Assembly (NCBI RefSeq): GCF_037042905.1
Contig: NC_087248.1
Span: 14,756,001 to 14,820,000 of the forward strand
Length of the DNA: 64,000 nucleotides
Direction: 5' to 3'
Source of the DNA: Lytechinus pictus
Taxonomy: Eukaryota
Shown: one piece after another, positions 38,239 to 50,834 of the stretch
Position numbering within the stretch: the first letter of the stretch is position 1
Layout: each line of letters begins with the position of its first letter
Notes under the pieces: model-generated
Databases searched by the model: none
The model's input: the letters and a program-made list of their open reading frames with translations, nothing else
Told to the model about the DNA's origin: nothing
Position numbers and translations under genes: made by a program

Positions 38239-41200
38239 AATGATTAATGTTGTTCGTTTTTTAACCCTTTGCTATCCTGACACCAGTAATGTTGTCAGTT
38301 GCATATTAAAATATTCATGATTGGTAATTAGGAAATTAAAGAAACGTACGTTAATAGATGTAAATTTCTCTAATGATGCATTTAAATTGTCATATGAGAA
38401 GGGAAAAAACATTCAAAATTCATTCGACAAAAATTGTTATATCTGGATCTTCATTCTGATCTGAAAATTGAATTCATGCTAAAACCAAATCAGTCAAAAA
38501 ATAGTTGGCATGACATATATGTCATTTAAAGTAAACTTACATGTCCATTAATATTTCTTGGATGCTTCTATTGCTAGATGACCTTAAACTCATTAGGATG
38601 GTAAAGACATAGCCAACTTTTTCTTTTTTTTATTTGCTAGTGAATTTGAATAACATTTATACTCTGACGCAAAATAGTTTTGTTGTAGGACTGTGCGATC
38701 ATATCATTGGAACATTTTAACAGCCATGTTTTAAACAAAACAAAACGACCAAACATTTTACAGTTGATGGCCCTTACATGTACATGAGAAGTGTTATTGA
38801 GCTTAATTGAAACTTTATGACCCGTATTATGAACTTGGGTTTAAACTAAATCCTGCTTTAAAGTTGTGGTTGGAGAGCCGATTGGGGCAGAAATCCATAA
38901 CAATACAGATCCAATTTTTTAACTCATTTGACACCCAAATTTTTCATATTTGTTTTGGATTAATAACTGAAGTATTTGAAGTATTATACCTCATTATGAA
39001 GCGAAATGAAACAAAGAAATATACAATATAAACATCATTTTTGAACTTTTGGCTCCATATAACTTTACCATAGAGTTAATGAAAGTATGTAAAGAAGTAT
39101 GGTTTTAATTGAAATGACTATTTGATTCTCATGGGGAAAATATCTTTGAAAACAAACCGTTATCCCTCTGTTCTTTGCCAAGATATTTGTAAATGATTGT
39201 GAACAGATTGAGAAGTGTGGAACCCAATCTTTTTGCTATTCAAGATGCATGGTGGCTGTTGCATTGTTGATCTAAATTTAATTTTGATATGAGAAAGTTT
39301 GAGACAAGAGATATTAAGTAAAACAGAAAGAAGAAAAAGTTGTCATGTGTGTACTCTGAAAAAAAAATCATGCAATTAGTGAAGATCTGTTTTACATTGT
39401 TTTTTAAGGATGGGGATAAGTTTTTGTTGACCATTTTAATATTTTTTTGAAATTTACAAATATTTATATAGAATATAAGTTGTAAGAGGATGAGACTTTG
39501 GTTTCTAAAGCTTATCAAGAATGAATGATGAGGACATTCTGTTTCTAACCAAGTCTTGAAGAGTCCACTTAGCTTTTTTCGTTATTGAAGAACTTAAATG
39601 TTCACCCAAAGCACTGTCATACAGTAGGGGGGGGGGGCTTGGGCTGGCTCTGCTCCCCAGGAATGTTCAAGGACTAAGAAAATATGGTAGAAAAAGAAGG
39701 AATGGGAACAAAAAAGGGAGAAATGTGTTACAAAATTTAATTTTCATTTTAGAAAGGCCAAATTTTTGCTCCCTTATTACTTTTTAGAAAATTCCGCACA
39801 TCCGCAATAATTATGTCCCCTCAGTATTTTTTGCCTATTATGCCACTGGTCTGCAGGAGGGCTAGTCTGTAGGCACAGACCCTGATTTAAACTTTTTACA
39901 CCATAGTTGGTCTTGCGATAAGCCTAGTGCCAATACAACTTTTACAATTTCTGATTGAGAGAGACCTTCACTACCCAAGGTTCAGTCAGAGACTGTAGGC
40001 TGAATAATCGGACCCCTTTCTTGGAGCGAAAGTTCAGCGAAGCTCCGGATTAAAATAGAAACTTATTTCATGAGTGGGGGATCTTGAAGAGAAAATGAAA
40101 GGAGAAAGGGAGGAGGAGTGGGAAGAGAGAAAAGAACTCATCCTAGACATAGCTAAGCTTCCGCCGGATGAGACTGGAACAACCCTCACTGTGCACTCCT
40201 ATTGAACCGTTGCCCTGTTCACATCTAGGTGAGATATGCAACGCGATCTTTGACCAAACCTTGTAAATCTGGCAGAACCTGGTAGCATGCTGAAGTAATG
40301 ATGGGGAAGGAGAGGAGATGGATGGATGGTATGAATGCAGTAAGATATATTAGAGACTGGCCCTCTAATAGATGATCTTTTTTCAAGAAAAAATTGCCAT
40401 ATGTACATGTATGTGAATAGGACTTGAAGGGGGAGGGGTTCTAAACAGGAGATACATATTTCAAATGACACACTGGTTTATTCTAAATGCTTTTGCACAG
40501 TTCATTGCCAATATTTATGAAAAAAATGCATTTTTGTCATTAAACTTCTGGTAATGGGGACCATTCTCTGTCAATGCGTCAGAAATATCAGAAATAAATA
40601 AATAGATAAATGCGTCTTTTGTCTTTGTCAAATCTACTGCCCCCCCCCCTGCCCCTCCTCCTCAAGAAGAGGTCCATTATAATAAGATTGGTAACTCCTT
40701 GGACCCACCCCTACGCTGTCTTGTTAGGTTGAGGTATGTGGTTAAGGACACTTCCCCTGACAAATTGAAGAAACCCTAACCTTGTATGAATCATAAAGTG
40801 CACTGCTTAAAGGTAGAAGTGAACTTGCAAGATGCCCTTGGTATTTTAAAAATGAGAGAACCCCCCCCCCCACAACTTGCATATTAATCATAAGTTAATC
40901 TTCTACACTCATCCGTTATATAGCTTCCTTGAAAGCTTCTGTATTATATCAAGGGATGAATTCCTACCAGGGGGTGCTCCATCAACATCTGTCATCTGAC
41001 AAGATGTCATTTCTTACAATTTTCCTCAGTTTGATTAGCTGAGAGGTACAAGTTTCTGACTGTTACTATGGTTACTGCCAGATAAAACTGACTTTGTTGG
41101 GGTTATTATGGGATTAAACATCTGATAAGTCCTTTCGTTATCCCCCCCCCCCCCCGTGACCATATACCTCACCAGGATCAAGAGCAGCACACTCTAGATT

Positions 41201-43899
41201 AATCTCTTGCTATAAGAATATATTTGGATTGGGATTTGAACTTGGAACCCACTGATGTTGACAGTCGGAACCACAACACCTTGACACTTCCACGATAGGA
41301 AAAAATGCAGGAAGCAGGAGAAACATACAATGTAAATAAAAAGTAAAAAGACTCACATTTGGTTGCCCCCTAAAAACAAACAACAAAAAATGACCATTAT
41401 ATTATTATTTTTTTAGCTTTCTTATTCTTATTTGACCCATTCCTTAAGACTTTCTGCCATCATTTGAACTTACTTTACACCAGGATGGAATTTTCTGTAC
41501 AGGCTCACTTTCCTGGCAAGACCTGCCAAAGAATTATATAAAGGTGGAGCGGGGTTCAGACTTATACAGTCATGAAGATGTACTTCCGCTGGAAACATTA
41601 CTAATAATGTATTCAATCAAAAACATGAGGAACTCATAGTCTGCAGATTCAGACCCTGATTTCACATGCAAGCATAATTTTATGAAACCTAGAAAAGGAT
41701 CTAGTTATTTTTGTCCTATCTGTTTCAAGTGGAGCATCTATAATAGTCTGTGCTGTTTTTTTTCTTCAGTTTTATAGTCTTGTATTTCAGACACATCTTT
41801 GTGCTCTACTGCTGAAAGATGTTTGTCTTTGTAGACTAAAGCTGTCATCATGCCAGTCTTTCATTGCTACCATTCGCTTTCCTGCCCCAAGGTAAAAAAA
41901 AGTTATGAAAATGAAAGTTTTTGAACATCATAGACCAGCAGAAAATGTTAATTTTAGATGCATAGCTCATCACCCAATGAGCGGGCAAAAGAAAGTAGAT
42001 ATTCAATGCCACGCTGATCTGGCAAGGGCATATATTTGTTTGCCTTTACCTAATGAGCATATCACTTTCATTCATATATTGTATATTTTGTATTGTCAAG
42101 TACCATAATAGAGAAGTAGGCCTAATTGTCACGTAATCTGTATAATACATTCAATTCAAGTAATTGTATTGTAGTTTCTATAGATCATTATAGAGAAAAT
42201 GCATTGATAACTTTCAGGGTTTAAAAAGAATAATACAAAAAATTATTGCTCTAAATAGAGTGGAAATTATTTGTCAGGATATAGAGCTTATAAAAGCGGG
42301 TATTAATCTGCAAGAATTTATTACCTCAGAGCAATAATTTGCATTTTATGTCATTTGTTGCAATCAACTCATTTGTTGAGAGAAATGTTTATGTGCCCCT
42401 CCTTTTCAGTCATTGATTAGCTGTAGGCCTGCTTTTTGTTGCAGTTTTGCATTAAATATCACACAGAATAGAAGATACGCATAATCAATGTAATTACCTC
42501 CAATATACAAAAAAAAAATGAATTTAAATAGTTGTTAATTTTTTCTGAAATCCACTAAAAGTCCTTGTAGTATATTTTGTGAAGAGTGCCCTCTTTTGGT
42601 TGACATGATCACTTGTTCAGTTGATAATATGTGGAAGTTCAGCTCTGAGAAATAGTACAGATGTTTGAAAGAAATTTTGGAATATTGATGAAAATTTTGA
42701 ATTATTGCTGAAATAGAAAACTTGTTTAGCCAAACAACAGATATCTATATGTTGTCACCCAAAATAGAACAAGAATGATATTGATCGGCGCAATGTCAGA
42801 TGGATTAGATTCTTGCCCCGGAATAGACGTTGATCGATTCTATGGATTAGACTGGATTAAGTTGTCCTTCCGGCCTTTTAATTCAGAGGTAACAGAACTT
42901 TTGCAAATTTGATAAACTTCTTGGTTGAAAAAATGTAGGTTAGAGGAAACAGAGGGATCTTAAAGACTGCCTCTTTAACTTTGAAATCACTTTTTAGACC
43001 TTTAAAGTTTTCATAGATCCATTTCTTGTTAGGAAGTTGGATTAAGTGCAGATTAATGACAGTCAAACATTTGATACCATCCTTTAGTCAACTTATCTGG
43101 TTCTTTGTAGGTTTCTATAAATGTATGCCTTTCATTTTTCCCCTAAAAGATTAACTAGAGACAAAGTAACTCCCATTCAAGCATTGTATTTTATGCCTGC
43201 CAGATTTTCTCATATCTTTCTGTCTTCAGAAAGATGGTTTAGCGAAAATTTAGTGGAGAAAAAATTTGAGGTCTTTATTTTGACTTACCAACATGTATTT
43301 GGAGTATTTCTTAATTCATTTAGATCTAAAATGCATTTGTAACAATCTGATAGATCGCTGTTACAGTTTGACGAAGTTTTCTATAGCCTGGTTGTAAGTC
43401 TTTACTGGTGTTATTTTTATTACTTTAGTTTCTCAACTTTGACACTGCACAAAATATACTCCATTTATTTCCAATATTAAAAGAAATGTAAACAATATTT
43501 TGAAGACTTTCTCTTGTAATTTATTGCCCACTGCAACCCTCTTGAGTTTAGCTCTGAAGGAAATTCAACAAAAACTCATCTAACTTTCATGTTTCCCCAA
43601 TTAATTCGAGTGTTGAAACAAGTCCGCTCAGGAACACTTGTGAAATCGATCTCTGAACATGATCGGCAGGATGTGTTTAAGATTTTACGATAGCATTTCG
43701 TCAGTCCTAATTAAATCTTAATTGAAGAATTCCTTGTGGCTCCTGCAATTTATAATCCTGGTTTAAACCTCTGAGCCACCTACGCTGTAGATGCAACCAC
43801 GATGACGGCTGTATTAACCCAAGCCATGTCGGCTGACACACTTTTTTTCTCACCAAATATGCACTATCATTATTTTGGGTGTTGATACTGAAAGTTTAA

Positions 43900-44483
43900 A
43901 GGAGAATGAAACTCTTGGAGCAAGTTAGCTTTTGTGAAAGCAGAAAAATCAAAGAATAAGATCAACAAAATTTTGAGTAAAATAGGACTAGCAATAGAAG
44001 AGTTATGAGCATTTGAATGTCGAGATCACTAATGCTATGGAGATCCTCCCATCGGCAATGCGACCAAGATCTATGATGTCACAGATGAACAACTCTCCCC
44101 TTTTGGACACTGAAAATATACCCCAAAACATCTCTTTTTGCTCATTCTAATCATATGACAAACGATTCATCAATGATATAATGTTGTGAAACCTCTGTAC
44201 TTGTCCTCTCATAAAGAGAACACCTCACCTTGTGAAATACTCTATAAAAGTGAGAATATAAGTGAAATAACTACTAAAGTAATGAGGGAGTTGTACGTCT
44301 GTGACATCACAGATCTTGGTCGCATTGCCAATGGGAGGATCTACATGGCATTAGTGATCTCAATATTCAAATGCTCATAACTTTCTTATTATTCATTCAA
44401 TCTTCCTCAAACTTTCAACAATATGTTTCTTTGATTTTTCTCTTTGATATGGATTCAGCTGGTTTCAAGGGTTTCATTCTCCT
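43900..44483. mobile_element. Kolobok-like fold-back MITE, family 3
   Basis: TTAA TSD; TIR AGGAGAATGAAAC / GTTTCATTCTCCT; ~80-bp internal inverted repeat 44003-44083 / 44298-44380. Confidence 0.88.
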
Positions 44484-44757
44484 TTAAAACAAGAAAAACC
44501 CTTGAGTTAATTGTGAGAAGATTAATCCTTTGAGTGAGACCCCCTCCCCCGCCCCCTCCCCCCCGCCACTCCTATTATAGGTTAGACAGGAATCACCTGT
44601 GCTTTGAAGCCATTATTCATGTATCAAGATATTGACAATGCAAATCTTCTCCTTATTTATATTTAAATGCGCTACAATTAGCTTAGTAACGAGTATGGGC
44701 ATCACCCTTAATTATGTACATCAAAAGAAAATATGTAATTAGACCAGGTTTTATGTA

Positions 44758-45215
44758 CATAACGTCGGCTGTCATCCGAACCTTCGTATCACACATACGG
44801 CGGTGCAAACCCATTTCAGAAAAAATCGACATCAAAGTTTAATATATTTTTCACACTTAGCTCCTCAGCCTTACAACATAGTCACTGCTAGAAAAATACA
44901 TGGTTGGAAAGACCCAGAAAATTGCTTGACATTGGTATCCTAATTTTTACACAAAACTAAGGATCAGAGAAAATATCGCAACAGGCAATTTAATGTAATT
45001 TTGGTTTGAGCTGCTTAGATTTTCCCTGTACAAAAACGCCATAGAGAAAAAGCGATACATTTTGACTGACTGCGATTCCAATGCGCGAGATCAGTTAAAA
45101 CGTCGTATTGCTTTTCACGTGCAAAGTCAATGCAGTGCACAGTACCGATACGACGGTTTGGCTGACCATGCGCATTGAAATCGCAGTCAGTCTAAACGTC
45201 GTATCGCCCTGTTAT
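44758..45215. mobile_element. Unclassified CpG-rich DNA-transposon-like element with a right-end hairpin
   Basis: Inverted repeat gcgatac..gactgactgcgattccaatgcgc (from 45052) / gcgcattgaaatcgcagtcagtc..gtatcgc (to 45207); boundaries uncertain. Confidence 0.5.
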
Positions 45216-45507
45216 ACTACACGTTTCCAATAGGATTTAACACAGTTTTCATCATAAGTATATGTACTGTATACAAATCTGGATATCTTGATTAATTAAC
45301 TCAGGATACTGCATGTAGACACATTGGCATGGTGTCAGTAGGATTGGATTAAAATTGATATGAATATATCCCTAGGCTATTATATTAAGAATAAAGTGGA
45401 ATTTTGCCAATAAAGTCATTTCTGGAATGAAATGTGGATCATTTATCATGAGACGCCCGAGTTGAATGCACTGAAAGGGACCCAAGTAAGCCTTCCAAGT
45501 CATATTA

Positions 45508-45944
45508 GACACCGTTCTCAATACCTTCCTAAAACTAGTTTAGTGGAAACTAGTTTAACATGAAATGAGAACGGTCGAAGCGATCTTCCAAACCGGTTCA
45601 TAAATCCACAGCGCGATGTAGTTTTCAAGATCGCTTTGCCTCGTTAAACTGGTTTTAGTGTAAGTGAGGACACAACCGTTCTTTGGGAAGCAATCTTCAC
45701 ACATTTTGAGCGTGCTACTCCACATGACAGGTGTAGAATGCCTACGCTGAGGTTTCGAATTTCGCGTGAAACGTGTCACCCCACTGAGAGCGTTTCCATG
45801 GCAACAAGATCGCTTTACGTGAAGTTATTTTGAAAACCACTTTCGTGTGATCAAATGGGAATGCTAGCAAAGCGATCTTCCAAGCTGGTTTCCTAAACCG
45901 GTTTCCAGGAAACTAGTGTTAGAAAGCGTAATGAGAACGGTGTC
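45508..45944 (+). mobile_element. Harbinger-like MITE (GACACCGTTCTCA family), copy 2
   Basis: TIR GACACCGTTCTCA / TGAGAACGGTGTC; TTA TSD. Confidence 0.9.
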
Positions 45945-46179
45945 TTATGAACTGTATGTTACCTAAATTAAATTTTTTTTGAGGGATGAATGAAACAATG
46001 GGATAAGAAGAACCATGTTGATAAATCTGTTTGTAGTAGGATGAAAATGGGTCATAGTTTTCAGATTGCAAGTTCTTGGCTTTTAATATAATTTATTTTT
46101 GATGTCTTGCTGTGTCTTTTTCAATCTTGATTAATTTTATATGTTTTTCTAGTTTCTTTCTTATATCTATTTTTTTTTG

Positions 46180-46272
46180 TAGCATGTTTACTTTGTAACC
46201 TTTATTGTAAAGCGCGTAGAGAAACTTACAGGTTATTATGCGCTATATAAGAAAAGTATTATTATTATTATT
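46180..46272 (+). mobile_element. L2-type retroposon 3' tail
   Basis: tgtaaagcgcgtagag...atgcgctatataag stem-loop followed by (ATT)n. Confidence 0.65.
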
Positions 46273-47660
46273 ATCTCCTTTTCTCACTATTAACCTTTCA
46301 ACTTCCCAATTTCTGTTTGAATTATTTCACTATTTACGGATTTTGTTGTCGTTCTTCCTCTCTTTCTGTCTTTCCATTCTCTTTTTTTTTTTTAATCGTG
46401 CTCTTGTTTTTTCTTTTTGCTCCAGCTTATTACTTTCTCCATTCATTCCCTCTGTCTCTCTTTCTCTTTCCCCCATTGCCTCATTTTTTTGTCCCTCTTC
46501 TTCTGTCGCTTTTATTCTTACCCTTTTTTACTCCATCTCTTTCATTTTTTACCTTTTTTCTTCATCTTCCAATTAACTGTATCATTCTTCCTTTTAAATT
46601 TTGATAAGTGCAGCTATTCAGAGTTGAACATCCATTTGCAAACATACAGACTTCTTGACTATTTCTGTTTACCGCAGCTTATCAAAAAAGAAAAAGAAAA
46701 TCATTCTGATTGTGTTGTAAACACATTGGCTGTTGTACTGAGACTATCTTTGTTTTATGCTAATCCATTTCCTTGAGCATATGACCAATAGAAACAAGCT
46801 TTGATTACTGGATCCCACATTTGACCAATCAGAATCCAGCAAAGTATCAATAAAGCAAAGTTGGACCTATAATGTTAGTCTGCAGGCACAGACCCTTGAG
46901 TTTCACAATTTGGGTAGTACATAATACAGAGTTTGAAGTAGTGAGACTAGATTTTTTTGTGTACTGTGGCTGGCTCTACTATTTTTTGACACAGACAGAG
47001 CCTTTGAAGTCTAGTCTTTACTTCAGACCTGTAATTGGTTAGTGTCAAATTTGAGTCTGTGCTTGTAGACTACTATAATGGTCTCATATTTCTTTCTTCC
47101 TCCATGGTCTGATACCCCCCCAGCAGGATGCTGTATGATAGTCTTGCATAAGGAGACCCTAATATGGTGGTGTTGGTATTGGTGGTGATAGTGATAATGA
47201 TAATGCTGATGATAATTATAATCATTGTAATAAATGGACCTACGATGGAGCCCAACATGTGAAAGGCCAATGGCCTCTGCTGGCTCCCCCATATTCTTTG
47301 TATTTATGCTCATATGTCTTCTATTGTATATTGATTGTATTTAAATGTTTTTACGAGAATTGGAAATAAATGAAATGAAATGAAATGTATCCTCCAAGGG
47401 ATGTGATAGTGAGGGTTAATTGCCTTGCCCATGAATATAATCACATCATGTGAATTTTCAAACCCTGGTTCTCCAGTTATGAAACCATGAACACAAAGCC
47501 ATTTAGGCACTTTCAAGTGGATTTAAAAGTTAATGTGGAGTTTCCAATAGCTATTGTTTAATTTTCTCTCTTGTGAAATGAAGTTTTGAAAAGACTTTAA
47601 AGTTTTTATGATGGCTGTTGGAGCACATTACACTGCTCTAGTCCCCTTTGTACACTGTAT

Positions 47661-47839
47661 NNNNNNNNNNNNNNNNNNNNNNNNNNNNNNNNNNNNNNNN
47701 NNNNNNNNNNNNNNNNNNNNNNNNNNNNNNNNNNNNNNNNNNNNNNNNNNNNNNNNNNNNNNNNNNNNNNNNNNNNNNNNNNNNNNNNNNNNNNNNNNNN
47801 NNNNNNNNNNNNNNNNNNNNNNNNNNNNNNNNNNNNNNN
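47661..47839. other. Assembly gap
   Basis: Run of N. Confidence 1.
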
Positions 47840-49017
47840 GGACTTTTAAGCTCAGAAGTTAGAAGTACCGATAATTGTATAGGTAGATTTTATTCAATCT
47901 GCATAATCAGAAAAACAAATGAAAAAACATCATAAGTATGCTGCAAGTGCAAAATACACTTATTTTGTCAAAAAACATTATTTGACTCGTTTGTTGTACG
48001 GTTCGATTAACTGAATCTAATTATCGTTTAACATTCATGCCTTGATCTTTATGACAGCTATTCTATGTATTTAAACTGAATTATGTTTATATGTAACACC
48101 TTATCATAACTCCTTGCTATGTTGTCATTTAGAAATAAACTTGTTCAAACTAAAATCAAGTCTTCATTGACTAATTATTTGTGTACCGAAACTCTCTTAA
48201 AAGAAATAGTACCTTTCGTCTAAATATTAAATGTAAACATTCTTCAAAAGAATTCAGTACCTCTGATGACTCGTATAATTATTCATGAGTCTGATAAGCA
48301 GTAAAATAGGGCTTATTTTATGTAAAGTATCGCCTTATATCATTTGCTCTCAAAGTCTTATCTAATCCATTCTCAATAGTCATAAATGGTTTTGTCTTTA
48401 TAAAATCCTATGAGAGCTGATAAGCTACAACTAAAATCACCCTCATGCTTTGCACATAAACTGCCAGCTACATCACCATCATGGTTTATGAATTAATGCA
48501 AAATGTTTATATATTCATTCCTCACTTTAAGCTAAAGGTCAATTTCTCCTGATAGGTCATAAGACTTCTTTATCTAAACCTTCAATATCAGAATCTGTAA
48601 TAAACTAACATCCATTCACCAAATACGGTTTGTTTACATCTCTTACGCCCTCTACGTCTTTACGCTACTATACTCATTAGCATAATTTGCCTGATTTACT
48701 TTCATTGACACGTAAGCACTCTTACGCTAAATTGACCTTGACTTTCTATGAAATGAACCAAAAATAATTCCCCTTTTTTTACATTAACTAAACAAAATAT
48801 CATTCTTTCTAAGACATATACAGATACAATGAGTATTAATTAAGCAAACTTACTTCTTGTTCGGCATTCTAACTGCTTCAGTTTGGGGTAATTCATGGTT
48901 ATTCTGACATATCGTCGAAGAGAAACCTTCACGTTTTCTAGCTTTCGGCAAGTGCGCTGACCTCATGCGGTCGATTTAAAAAGCCAAATCTAAAAGGAAA
49001 AATCTAAAGAAAAAGGT

Positions 49018-49322
49018 NNNNNNNNNNNNNNNNNNNNNNNNNNNNNNNNNNNNNNNNNNNNNNNNNNNNNNNNNNNNNNNNNNNNNNNNNNNNNNNNNNN
49101 NNNNNNNNNNNNNNNNNNNNNNNNNNNNNNNNNNNNNNNNNNNNNNNNNNNNNNNNNNNNNNNNNNNNNNNNNNNNNNNNNNNNNNNNNNNNNNNNNNNN
49201 NNNNNNNNNNNNNNNNNNNNNNNNNNNNNNNNNNNNNNNNNNNNNNNNNNNNNNNNNNNNNNNNNNNNNNNNNNNNNNNNNNNNNNNNNNNNNNNNNNNN
49301 NNNNNNNNNNNNNNNNNNNNNN
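49018..49322. other. Assembly gap
   Basis: Run of N. Confidence 1.
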
Positions 49323-49462
49323 TTGATGACGATGATGATAAAATGGTGATGATGATGATGATGATGGTGATGGTGATGGTGATAGTGATGATGATCAGGG
49401 GCGGATCCAGGATGCTGATGGTAGTAATGGTGGCAATAATGATTATATTCATGGTGATGATA
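49323..49462. repeat. (GAT/GGT)n microsatellite
   Basis: Imperfect trinucleotide repeat; source of the poly-His/Met/Ile ORFs. Confidence 0.9.
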
Positions 49463-49477
49463 AATGCAATAAAGATT

Positions 49478-49925
49478 ATTATACAAATAATGAATGTTTA
49501 TGAGTGCAATGGACAGAACATGAGGTAAAAGATGACATAGCCGAGCTGAATGGATCCTTCATTTCATCTTTCACCAAATGAAGGATTCTGTCCATTGCAC
49601 GAATGAAAAGAACATTCATTATTTGGTTTATATGACACCTAAATATAGATTCTTTTTCATATGAAATGTGTGAATTTCAAGGCAAAATATGCTCATGCAG
49701 TGCGAGCTCGGTCTGTTGATTATCGCGTACAACATGCGCGCTGCAAACACGAGTGGTGCCTGCAGTCTGGGTGCGCGCGTGCAATAGACAAAATTGTATG
49801 GATCCAAAATAGCACGATGAATGGATCTAAAATTGCACGGTTGATGACGTCATTGTAAAATGGGCTAAATGATCAATATCGGCCAACCAATCAAATGACA
49901 AGGATCTATCTAGGTGTCATATAAT
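49478..49925 (+). mobile_element. Crypton-like non-autonomous element, family B, copy 1 (hairpin partly deleted)
   Basis: Collinear with 52750-53228; ends ATTATA...TATAAT; ccaatcaaatg near the right end. Confidence 0.65.
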
Positions 49926-50420
49926 AAACAATAGCATCATATTTGGAGGAACTTTGACACCTTCTAGTTTTCTCAAAATACCACACAGTTAATAAACCCT
50001 TTTTAACAGGATTCTTACATAATTTACGTACTGTATTTTACATTCATCGTTTTGTACTATATTCATGTTATTATTGATTTGTATATTTTACATGAAAAAT
50101 GGATGAAATATCAATAGGAAGAAAAATAAATGTTGAATTGAATTAAATTTTTTACACAATTGGAAATGGCAATCTTATACCAGGAAACATATTTCCTGTA
50201 TGTTCCCTATATGTTTATAGCTGTATTTCTTCCCGTGTAACTATTTTGTTATGAAATGTCCTTCTATTTTATTTTTTTACAACCAATTTCCTTAATTCTA
50301 TGCACATAGCATAATTATGGTTAGCCTTTGTAAACTTAATGATCCTCTCAATTAGTTTCTACATGTTTTATTGCAGTATTGTTTCCTTGTATTCCATGTT
50401 TATCATATTATTGTTTTTTT

Positions 50421-50834
50421 TTAACCAAAATTCATTGTTGGGTTTTCCTTAGTGGATGGCCCTGAATTTGATTTCCTATTATATCTCAAGGAAAAATTGT
50501 TCCATTGTGTTTTGGTCATATGACTCACTGGGTGCCACCTTCCACCTTTTCTCCCTCTCCTTGTTGGACGTCTCTTTGATATGCCGAGTTTATTAATGAT
50601 GGCCCATGTTGTAGCATCAAGGCGGCGGTGTAAGCAGGGAATGGCGAGGAGTGTATTCCTATCATATTTAATTCTTTTTGTTGATACATTCTGTATAGCT
50701 GAAGCATGAAGAGAGCCATCGCTGGGTGTACTTTCATTGGTCTGTTGTGAAGGTCCTGGGTTGGTTTGAACATCACCACACTGCACAATGTTGAATGTAG
50801 AATCAGAGTTACTGTAATAGATACTGTAATAGAT
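50421..50834 (-). mobile_element. 5' ORF fragment of an L2/CR1-group LINE with a 2A-like motif
   Basis: Minus frame reads IYYSNSDSTFNIVQCGDVQTNPGP...IKYDRNTLLAI...LGISKRRPTRRGRKGGR, the pattern that precedes the APE domain in these LINEs; APE and RT are absent. Confidence 0.8.

Noticed and set aside
48976-49528. Poly-His, poly-Ile and poly-Met ORFs
   Set aside because: Translation of a (GAT)n microsatellite and an N gap.
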